A stretch of 63,457 bases of DNA, the filler included, from Octopus bimaculoides (Eukaryota): the NCBI RefSeq assembly GCF_001194135.2. It is 6 parts of 5 records of this genome, joined end to end, with 100 filler letters (N's around TTAATTAATTAA, not from the genome) between each part and the next. Parts side by side here need not be neighbours in the genome. Positions count along the whole stretch, not along the records: positions 1 to 23,236 come from NC_068983.1; 5 more parts are not named here. One strand, given 5' to 3'. Shown here piece after piece: positions 11,975 to 21,345 of the stretch; position 1 is the stretch's first letter, and each line of letters starts with the position of its first letter. A program made the position numbers and the translations under genes. Under the pieces are notes generated by a model that saw only the letters and a program-made list of their open reading frames with translations, was not told the origin of the DNA and did not search any database.

Positions 11975-12420
11975 AACAATGATGACACTAAATTAAATTC
12001 AGAATAGATCAACTATAGGAAATGACATAAAATCTCTCTATTTCAATAATTAATAACTAATCCAAGTGTTCAGTAAAATGAGTGGTGAAAGTGGAGTTGT
12101 GGAAATCATTAGTGACAGGAGTGCCTGGCTAGGTACTCACATCAGATACTCTAGAGCCCTTACTTGAATGTCTGTATAACATATAGTAGTAATATTTTAC
12201 ATGAGGGGAAAGAAGTGGAAACTTGTTCCATATAAGAAATTACAGTGTACAAGGGACAAAAGTAACCAGTTACTTTCAGAGAAATAAACTATTTTTTATA
12301 CAGATCTGTAATGTTTGAAAAGCTAATGTAAAGCAAAGGTTTTGAAGGGTTGTAGGAATCACATCGAATGTTGTGAGGGTAGGGTAGGGGTAAAAATACA
12401 CATATATGAAAGAAACTGTC

Positions 12421-13075
12421 AGAAAACTGACTGATTTTCACCAGTTCCATTATGCAATCCATTACCCTTATTGAAGACACAACTTGAGCCTCAGGTGTCT
12501 TAAGTGGGGTCTACTCTGTTAGAAGGATTGGGATGTTGTGTCTCAGGAGAGATGTATGGTTACCCTTTTCAGTAGCAGCAGCTTTTTGTTATTTGTTATG
12601 CTTTATCCTCCCTTCTGCTAAACACCCAGTTGTCTCAGAATTCTACGAGAGTCATGATAGTTATCTTTCTTCCTCTGAGTAAGAAAAACGTTTTATCAAA
12701 TTGAAGAAGAAAATAGAAAAGGTGAAGTCGAGTAACATTGGAAAATAAAAGGAGTAAAAAGTATAACATACCTTTGCTTTGTATCCGGAAATTTATCTGT
12801 TTGTCAAAGGGATGCGGTACACCATATCCACAAAATTCCACTCTAGGACTGAAACATAAAAGTATCATCAGTTACACTACCTCTACTCATGTCTTACAAC
12901 TGCTTTCATAGGCACTATATTATCTCTCCTGAGACACAACATCCCAATCCTTCTAACAGAGTAGACTCCACTTAAGGCACCTGAGGTCCAAGTTGTGTCT
13001 TAAACAAGGGCAATGTGGATTGCATGATCCTTTTTTTTTTTTTATAAAGGAACTAATGAAAATCAGTTAGTTTCC
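12421..13075. repeat. Long inverted repeat enclosing RPAC2 exon 5
   Basis: 12474-12553 and 12922-13001 are reverse complements (76/80, inner 45 bp perfect); weaker complementarity extends to ~12421 and ~13075. Confidence 0.92.
12772..12848 (-). CDS. POLR1D: CARD-RPAC2 gene, coding exon 5 (PRVEFCGYGVPHPFDKQINFRIQSK)
   Basis: ttttatgtttcag| acceptor, |gtatgt donor, 77 nt, phase 2/1. Matches RPAC2 PEVEFCGYxxxHPxExKINLRIQT (EFCGY separates AC19 from RPB11 LFAGY). Confidence 0.95.
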
Positions 13076-14043
13076 ACATCACACAGTTTTTCCCACTTTT
13101 GGCTCCATTGTACAGTAGCTCTAACACAATCTTTTTACCTTCCCATACTGACAGTCAACTTTATAGTCTAAGATGGCCAGCTATTACTTTCTAATAACAT
13201 CTTCACAAGCTACAGAATTTTTCAGTTGATTTCATCATATTAGCTATGTTCTTTATCTGGTTAACCACCAAACTTTTAGGGGTAGCACTGATTGTTGGGT
13301 AAACTATAGCAGGCTGGTAGAATCATGTGACTGTTCCCACACATTCACTGCAATGGTTTAAGTTTTGAACATATAGCTTTATGGAAAGGTGCCGTATGGA
13401 ACTTGGCATAGTGAAAGAACATTAAGCTTAAATAATAATTACTCTCTTAATATACAATTCTATGAACTTACAATTAAAAAAGCCCTAAGATATCTCACAT
13501 TTGATAACAGAAAATAGAAATATTTAAAATAAAAAAACAGCACAGCTCAGGTATGGCTGCATGGTTAAGAAGTTTCACTGCTACATGATTTCAGATTCAA
13601 ACCCATGGCACTTGGACAGGTGTTGTCTACCATAACCTTGGGTTGCCCAATACCGCGTGTGTAAATGTTTTGTATATTTATAAGTGGTGGTGTGTTTACA
13701 AATGCATACAGAATTAGTCTATGAAAAAGTAAAAGATCTCAATATCTAAGAGTAAATATTTATATCTGTTACAGTTCCAGCTAACAGCATACTATTACTC
13801 AGAGTTTACATCAGCCAACACATAGAAAGCAGACATCAAATGAATCTAATGATACTGATGATGTATGTGTGTGTGAGTATATTACACTGTTGTAATCGGA
13901 TTATGGTCATCTGGCATACAGTAAATGCACAATTTGTGCCCTGTGGATGGTTGTTACCTTTTTTTTCTATTGAAAGATTTTACCCAATATACTGTGAACT
14001 ATTATCATAGCTACTTTTTTTATTTCTATATGTCAGTGTGTAT

Positions 14044-14434
14044 TGTTGTTGTTGTTGGCACTTTGTCGTTTACGACGTCGAGGGTTCCAGTCGATCCGAC
14101 CAACGGAACAGCCTGCTCGTGAAATTAACGTGCAAGTGGCTGAGCACTCCACAGACACGTGTACTCTTAACATAGTTCTCGGGGATATTCAGCGTGACAC
14201 AGTGTGACAAGGCTGACCCATTGAATTACAGGCACAACAAAAACAGGAAGTAAGAGTGAGAGAAAGTTGTGGTTAAAGAGTACAGCAGGGTTCGCCACCA
14301 CCCCCTGCCGAAGCCTCGTGGAGCTTTAGGTGTTTTCACTCAATAAACACTCACAACGCCCGGTCTGGGAATCGAAACCGCGATCCTATGACTGCGAGTC
14401 CGCTGCCCTAACCACTGGGCCATTGTGCCTCCAC
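14044..14434 (-). mobile_element. tRNA-derived SINE family A, full length, with 12-bp TSD
   Basis: A box TGGCCCAGTGG, B box GTTTCGATTCC, (AAC)n tail. TSD GTCAGTGTGTAT at 14032-14043 and 14435-14446. Confidence 0.92.
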
Positions 14435-14467
14435 GTCAGTGTGTATATGCTACAATAAATTGGAATC

Positions 14468-14790
14468 TTTTATCCTTTACTTGTTTCAGTCATTGAACTG
14501 TGACCATGCTGGGGCACTACCTTGAAGGGTTTAGTTGAATGAACTGACCCCAGTACTATTTTTTAAAGTCTAGTACTTAATCTGTCAATCTCATGCCAAA
14601 CTGCTATGTTACAGGGACAAAAACAAGCCAACACTAGTTGTCAAGTGGTGGTGCAGGAAAACACACACATATATGACAGGCTTCTTTTAATTTCCATCTA
14701 CCAATTCCATTCATGAGGCTTTGGTCAGCCCAGGGATATAATGGAAGACACCTGCCCAAAGCACCACACAATGGGACTGAACCCAGAATT
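14468..14790 (-). mobile_element. SINE family C, 5'-truncated
   Basis: Homologous to 10644-10990. Confidence 0.8.
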
Positions 14791-14971
14791 TTTCTTTCTG
14801 TCAGTTTTAGGCCCATTTGTACCAAGATGTACTAAGCCATTAAATTAAATATGAAAACATTTGATGGCAGTGCTTCATCATGGCCACTGTTCCATAAAAG
14901 GATAGAAGAATAAAGAATAAGCATTAACTATAATAAACCATAAAGGAACAAATCATTTGGTTGTTACTTAC

Positions 14972-15072
14972 TCTTTCATGATAACATAACGTAATGAATT
15001 GCCAAGTGTGTGGTCTTCATTGTGTAAGATAAATGTCTGGCTGAGTGAGTCAATACTTTCTAAATGTGGTAT
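14972..15072 (-). CDS. POLR1D: CARD-RPAC2 gene, coding exon 4 ([33 protein letters not shown])
   Basis: ttttatgttacag| acceptor, |gtaagt donor, 101 nt, phase 0/2. Contains the RPB11/AC19-family signature [17 protein letters not shown]. Confidence 0.95.
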
Positions 15073-15107
15073 CTGTAACATAAAATCACAGAAAGTGTGT
15101 GTATGTT

Positions 15108-15145
<38 letters not shown>

Positions 15146-15286
15146 TACATACATACATATATCAATAATGTTAATACGCTTAGTTTTGTTTGTTTTTATA
15201 CGTACCTGTGGTGTCACACTTCAAAGGAAGAGGTAAAAAGATTGAAGGGAGGGGTACAAAAAAAAGAGAGATAAAAGGTATTCAGC

Positions 15287-15900
15287 TGTTATGTTTTAAT
15301 ACAGAATTATTAACTTGGATTACATTACTCGAATGCAAGCCAATAATGGAGTCAATATGTGAGCAAATACAACGCAATATATACTCAAAAATACACGCTA
15401 ATTAAAAACAAAAGTAGAACCTAAAGATTCACATGCGAAAAGTATCACACCACTTACAAAACAAACCAGTATGCAAATTAGAAGGCAGTCAAAAGTCACT
15501 TTAAAAGGACACTTGGTGAAAGCACGAAATAAAGCAGAGTTGCTAAACATAGTTCGATACTTAGTCAGAACATAGAATCAAATTAGAGCAATATAACACC
15601 TCCCCAACAAGTATGGAATAAAAAACATAAATTACAGTATCACAACAAAATTGAATATAAATAAATCAATGTTGTGACACATAATAGTCCGGAGGTTTTT
15701 TTTGTCTCAATCTTCTTGGATGTTGACGACTGTATTCTGGAGTTGAGTTATTGTCGCTAAGTGGTAACAATGGGCTAAGAGATTCTTCTTCAGGAGCAGA
15801 CTTGTCTATAACTTGAGGTTCTGAATCACAGAAAGAAGGCGTATCTCCTGATTCTTGACTACCAGAATACCAGAAGAACGTTCCATACTACTAAACCAAA
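15287..15900 (-). mobile_element. 3' end of an LTR retrotransposon (pol tail, PPT, 312-bp LTR)
   Basis: Minus strand: ORF tail ...HPRRLRQKKPPDYYVSQH*, then polypurine GGGGAGG directly before TGTTATA (15598). LTR ends CATAACA at 15287, giving TGTTAT...ATAACA terminal inverted repeats. Confidence 0.65.
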
Positions 15901-16317
15901 AAGGTTTCCTTGAATATGTATGATGTATTTTAAGGCTAAATAATAATTCTGTGTATGTTTGTGTAATTGAGATATTTTGGTTGGATTATATAGCTATCGG
16001 TTTTATACGTCTTTCTATATTCTGTAACTGTCACAATATAGAAACATTTCTCATTGCACCAGCACACAATTTAGAAATGCTTACATGTTTTATGTTTTCT
16101 GTGAAGTTTGATCAGGTCCAGCTAGTATATATAAAGAGAGAGACACAGACAGGCAGATAACAGCCATTAGGAATTAATGGTTTTAGTAGCTGTACAGGAG
16201 TCTTTGCTTAAATATGCTCTTGAACATGTGGATTCATTTAGCAGGAAATTTAAGAATCAGTTTACACAAACAAGAATTTGAATAAACTTCATTTCTATCA
16301 CTACTACTATGATGATG

Positions 16318-16705
16318 GTGGAAGCGCAATGGCTCAGTGGTTAGGGCAGCGGACTCACGGTCATAGGATCGCGGTTTCGATTTCCAGACCAGGCGTTGTG
16401 AGTGTTTATTGAGCGAAAACACCTAAAGCTCCACGAGGTTCTGGCAGGGGGTGGAGTGGGGGGTGAACCCTGCTGTACTCTTTCACCACAACTTTCTCTC
16501 ACTCTTACTTCCTGTTTCTGTTGTGCCTATAATTCAAAGGGCCAGCCTTGTCGCACTGTGTCATGCTGAATATCCCCGAGAACTACGTTAAGGGTACACG
16601 TGTCTGTGGAGTGCTCAGCCACTTGCATGTTAATTTCACGAGCAGGCTGTTCCATTGATTGGATCAACTGGAACCCTCGACGTCGTAAGTGACGGAGTGC
16701 CAACA
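16318..16705 (+). mobile_element. SINE family A, full length, with 12-bp TSD
   Basis: Same family as 14044-14434, opposite orientation. TSD ACTATGATGATG at 16306-16317 and 16706-16717. Confidence 0.92.
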
Positions 16706-16790
16706 ACTATGATGATGAATAATAATAATATTCATTAGCATGGAATCTGTTGGGATGGAGCAAAAATACATATTCACAAATATTCTGAGC

Positions 16791-16832
<42 letters not shown>

Positions 16833-17281
16833 GCAATAATATAGTGAAATAAGCTGAATCATTTGGGATTTTCAGTCAATGAAGCTGGGGGATTGAAGCA
16901 AGAATGTAAAATGATTGGGTAGCAAGTTATATTTAATCCACAAGAGAAAGAGAAATTCATAAAGTGATTAATCTCAGAACAGAGACTGAGAAAAGAAAAA
17001 TTTCAGCCCTCATCAGGCTTGCTGCAGGTTTATTTGAAGGCAACTGTTCAGGAGGTTTTGCTTAAATAAGCTCTTAAACATGTGGATTCATCTAAAAGGA
17101 TCTGTTTACACATATACTACCACTACTACAAAGATGATGAATGACATTAATATTCATTGGTATGACATCTGTTGGAACAGAGAAAAACTATGGCAAAAGG
17201 ACTGGGAAGTTAAAATAAATGTTAATGAAAATACATATTCACAAATATTCCTAGCAATAATATTTAAATAAAGCAACTTAC

Positions 17282-17307
17282 TGACTTTCTATTTTCATCA
17301 TCAAAAT
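17282..17307 (-). CDS. POLR1D: CARD-RPAC2 gene, coding exon 3 (26-nt microexon, DFDDENRKS)
   Basis: gttttgtttctcatttcag| acceptor and |gtaagt donor. Phase 1 in, phase 0 out, exactly what is needed to join CARD exon 2 to RPAC2 exon 4. Confidence 0.8.
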
Positions 17308-17599
17308 CTGAAATGAGAAACAAAACACAAAAATCAATTTCAGAACAAAAATATAGCTTTAAGTTTTCTTTTTTAATCATTGAGTCTATCTTCAGTACCA
17401 CTTACATTCACTTCCCTGTAACTTGAGGGTATGCCCTGACTCATCTTCACCACCAAGTTTTCTCTCTCCCTTTCTTTTCCAACTGTGGTAGCCATGTATC
17501 TCTTTTATAGCAAGACACCTGTTTCTGTCCCTCTATCATATTTTAACCACACATCACCTAGCACCAACACCTCCTCCCTCGACAGAGAGGCCCAGTCTT

Positions 17600-17810
17600 G
17601 TAGGTTACTTGGTAATTTCACTGGTGTTGGTACCACATAAAAAGTACTCGGTACACAGTAATGTGGTTGGTGTTAGGAAGGGTATCCAGTGATAGAAACC
17701 ATACCAAAGCAGAAATTAGAGTTTGGCACAATCCTCTGTTTGACAGTTCCTGTTGAATAGTCTAATCCATGCTAGCATAGAAAATGGACATTAAATGGTG
17801 ATGATGATTT
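17600..17810 (+). mobile_element. Family B short retroposon, diverged
   Basis: ggtgttaggaagggtatccag...ccatgctagcatagaaaatggacattaaatggtgatgatgat. Confidence 0.65.
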
Positions 17811-17849
17811 GCCACAAAAGACTGCAGTAAAAATAAGATAGGTCAACAA

Positions 17850-18520
17850 AAAAAAGAAGGTAAGGAAAGCAGATCATTCACAAAGGCCAATCTCTCATCC
17901 ATATGCATCACATACTCAAACCAACATAGTTTTCTCTCTTGTACACTATATCTGATTCCTTATGCTCAATTTTCCTCTCAATACATTTGTTCTCCATCAA
18001 ACATCACATGCTGACATTGCACATCCAGTGGGGAATGCTTATTTTGTTCTTTTCTAGTCTTTGCAGGTCCTCTACATTTAGGGGCCATATCTCACTAGCA
18101 TGTAGCACTGCTATTTGTACCCAACCATAGTACAATACACTTTTTACTGAGAGAGAAACCTTTTACTGCCAACAAAGGTATATTGCTCTTATTCTGGCTA
18201 CTGTAATTTAAGAACACAGTCCTCCATTGTTAATTGGTCACCTAGATAACAGAAGCTATCTACTACTTCTAAGGAACTGCTTAGGCATTTGAAAGCATCT
18301 ATTTCCCATGCAATCTTAGAGTTTATTACTCCTGTGCATCTGCTACATACATCTGCTTTCTATGTTAAACTGCCTGATTCCACTGCACCTTTTGTGTGGC
18401 CAAGTTTTTACTAAGTACGCCATATTAAAATTCTACTCACTCCTTTTCTACATAAAGCACAACAATAAATCTATCCCTCTCGTAATACTTGTCCTCTCTC
18501 ATCACTTCAACTCTGAAGTC
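17850..18520 (-). pseudogene. RTE-clade LINE RT/C-terminal remnant
   Basis: Minus-strand pieces such as SLEVVDSFCYLGDQL; heavily degraded. Confidence 0.6.
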
Positions 18521-19533
18521 AACTCTCTCCTATTCTCCTCTCAGTCACAAGTCTCTTTAGGTTTGCAAATTACAAGACAACTTCACTAGTGCTGGTACCA
18601 AGAAAAAGCACCTAGCAAACCCTGTAATGCGGATGGCATCTAGTTATAGAAACTATAGTGGGAATATATATTCAGTACCAGGTGTTGATATGGCTGTGTG
18701 TATATTATTACAGGAGTTCATATAGAGAAGAAGAATAAATTCAAGAACTATATATTCACTATATAAAAATATATTTTATTTACTGGTCGATGATACATAA
18801 TCAAAATATAGAATCAAAGTTGAATGAAGTAATCTATGCAAGAAAACTCGAGCAGAGTTAGCAAGCTGCTTTTATTAATGGAAAGCTAGACATTCTAGAA
18901 AGTTCCAAGAGAAACGCTAAGCTTCTTGAATAATTAAGAACCACGTCTCGTGACACAGATGCTTCGAGAAACTTAGTAAAGGGAGGTTACTCTATAGACC
19001 TTCTTGCAAGAGACATCATTCAACTATTTAGCTACATAGAGTACTACAAAACCATGCCAAAACTGAAACATTGGAGCAAATGAACTACTACCAAACTGTC
19101 CAATCCAAGCAAGCATGGACGGATGTAAAATGATAATTATATATGCACGCTTTTTGTCTCTTACAAAAAAGGGCAGTGGCCATGGCTATTTACAAATACT
19201 GCAAGACGTACTATGTCAAGACTCAACATTTCTGCTAGTTCACTATTCTAGGCACTTTATTGACCCTGGAAAGTTGAAAAGTTGACCTTGGTATGATTTA
19301 GACTTAGAATGCAAGTTGCTGAAATAAATATAGGAAAACATTTTGTGTGATGCTTTCATGACTTGCTCACTGTCTTAAATATTTGTGTGCGTGTGTGTGT
19401 ATACATGCACACACACTACATGTACAAGACAAGAGGGAACATCTTTACATAGTCACTCAACTAACTCTTAGGTGTGCCTATTCAAAGTTGACCAGGATCT
19501 AAATAATATATAAGCAACAACCTGAAAACCTAC

Positions 19534-19690
19534 CTGTTGTGGGAACTTTCCTACTTTCCTTCAGTGTATTTGCTAAGTTGGTATTGTCAGTGCGAACCAA
19601 AGCATCCAGAAATGATTCAAAACATTTGATGCCTTTCCTTTCAACCATTTTCAATAATTTCTTCACTTTGGTCTTTCTTTCATCCTCTTG
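19534..19690 (-). CDS. CARD-RPAC2 gene, coding exon 2: CARD helices 4-6 (QEDERKTKVKKLLKMVERKGIKCFESFLDALVRTDNTNLANTLKESRKVPTT)
   Basis: tttttttctctatttag| acceptor, |gtaggt donor, 157 nt, phase 0/1, open. Fits the CARD pattern KxxxLLxxxxxKGxxxFxxFLxALxxxxxxxLAxxL. Confidence 0.88.
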
Positions 19691-19894
19691 CTAAATAGAG
19701 AAAAAACACAGTTACTTAAGCAGGAGGGATGGGAGGTTTAGTCAGTTTATATTTATTTCGAAAGGCTTTTCATGGACTGCTGCATATTTTGCTTCACAGA
19801 CTGAAACGATGAGAATATTGTTTTTCTGGTTTAAGGGCCCACAGCTTTCACATACTGTCTCAGATTTCCTCATTGATAGATATCTTTTACCTGG

Positions 19895-20120
19895 TACTTG
19901 TTTCAGTCACCAGTCCGAGGCTATCGTAGGGCACTGCCTTGAATTTTTTAAGTCAAATGAATTGACCTCAGGACACTGAACTGTTAAGTTACAGAGATAT
20001 AAACAAACCAACACTGGTTGTCAAGCAGTGATGGGAAAAACACACACATATACATATGAATATGATGGGCTTCTTTCAGTTTCTGCATATCAAATCCACT
20101 CACAAAGCTTTGGTCAGCCA
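19895..20120 (-). mobile_element. SINE family C, 5'-truncated
   Basis: Homologous to the other family C copies. Confidence 0.75.
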
Positions 20121-20129
20121 GTATGTTTA

Positions 20130-20942
20130 AAATTGCTATTATAGAGTTAATTTCTCCATGATATAAAACTGTATCTCTATATCCCTCATTTGATTCATGG
20201 AAGATGATCCAGATCATCGCTTGCAGTTTGCAGATGAATGGCTGGACAAGTTGAACAATGACCCAACATTGGAAGAACATGTCTGGGGTGATGAGTCAAA
20301 ATTCTATATTTCAGGGAGTGTTGTTCAGCATAACTGTGTATACTGGAGACAAGAAAATCTTCAAATCATGATTGAGTATGACCACAAGAGCCCTGGCATA
20401 ATGTTGTGGGCAGGTGTGAGTTACAACAGACTTGTGGGACCATTCTTTATTGAAGATGACGTAAATGGGAACTTTTACAAAACCAAGTTCTCCCTAAATT
20501 AAAAAGACCCAAAAAGACTTTGAAGAATTATGGTGGCAGCAGGATGGTGCTTTCCCACATTACTCACTGGCTGTTTGTGACTGGATGAATGAAATTTTCC
20601 CTGAATCTTTGGAATGGGAGGCAAGGGTCTGTGGAGTGGCTGGTTTGCTCACCTGACCACCAGACTTTTGTTTTGTAAGGTTATCTAAAAGATCGTATCT
20701 ATCGTCAGAAGATTAACAGTCTTGAACATCTTAAACAAGTTATTATCCAAGAATATGAAACAATCTCGGTAGCATGTCAAAATGTTTCGGTACAGTTACA
20801 AACCTGTGTTGCAGCAGCAGGAGGCCAGTTGACCATGAAATGGAAAACTAATTTAACTAAATAGTGCATTCATTAACTTTGTACATTTGTGTGCTTATAA
20901 GCATATAAATAAATATAATTAACAAGCGAGTCCACCCTGGAC
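20130..20942 (+). pseudogene. Tc1/mariner-superfamily transposase remnant in the CARD intron
   Basis: VWGDESKF...HNCVYW...MLWAGVS...LVGPFFI, then out-of-frame WQQDGAxPH and W...SPD-like motifs. Possible right TIR caccctgg near 20933-20942. Confidence 0.8.
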
Positions 20943-21005
20943 AATTATTGTGGCACAAAAATGTTTAAAAAAATAACAAAAACATTATGAAAACAAAACT
21001 TCTAC

Positions 21006-21137
21006 CTCTAACTCTTCTTGATCATCAGGTGTAAGGGCAGAAGTTTCCAACATGCATTCAATCACAGGCTCAGGAACTAAATTGGTTTCAAGAAGTTGTC
21101 TGTTGTCTTTTAAAACTTTATGTAAATATTTATTCAT
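21006..21137 (-). CDS. CARD-RPAC2 gene, coding exon 1: CARD helices 1-3 (MNKYLHKVLKDNRQLLETNLVPEPVIECMLETSALTPDDQEELE)
   Basis: Acceptor (T)n-aatatag| at 21163-21165; in-frame TAA 24 nt before gccaaaATG; open 44 codons to a GAG|GTAGAA donor, phase 0. Fits the CARD pattern LxxNRxxLxxxLxxxxVxxxxxxxxxLTxDDxEEx. Confidence 0.85.
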
Positions 21138-21282
21138 TTTGGCAGATAAAATTGCAGATTATCTATATTAAAAAAAAAAAAAATTTTAATGAAAAAACTG
21201 ACTCAATGAGTAGATAAACTGTTAGGTTATTGTTTTCTCTTTAACTACATTCATTTGTATGGTTTTTTTAGTTGGTTTACAC

Positions 21283-21345
21283 CATGGCTGGCCAACCTGA
21301 GGCCTGCGGGCCGCATGCAGCCTACAGACTTTTATCTTGCAGCCC
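21283..21345. mobile_element. hAT (Charlie-like) terminal fragment
   Basis: catggctggccaacctgaggcctgcgggccgcatgcagcc resembles hAT termini CAGGGxTGGCCAACC...GCGGGCCGCATGCGGCC. Confidence 0.5.

Noticed and set aside
12421-13075. Pack-MULE/foldback capture of a POLR1D fragment as the explanation for the inverted repeat
   Set aside because: The enclosed exon is in phase with intact flanking exons outside the repeat, so it is the resident gene and not a captured fragment.
14380-14434. tRNA-like sequences here and at 16318, 51960, 55990 and 62088
   Set aside because: No complete cloverleaf or acceptor stem; they run into SINE bodies, so they are SINE heads and not tRNA genes.
12772-15072. Assignment to RPB11/POLR2J
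   Set aside because: EFCGY, GNSLRY and the C-terminal helix match AC19 rather than RPB11 (LFAGY, GNxIxxQL).
16995-17020. CTGATGAGGGCTGAAA on the minus strand resembling a hammerhead core
   Set aside because: Stem II cannot form and no stem I/III partners are present.
18690-19050. Possible solo LTR in the CARD-linker intron
   Set aside because: Could not find matching terminal inverted repeats plus a TSD.
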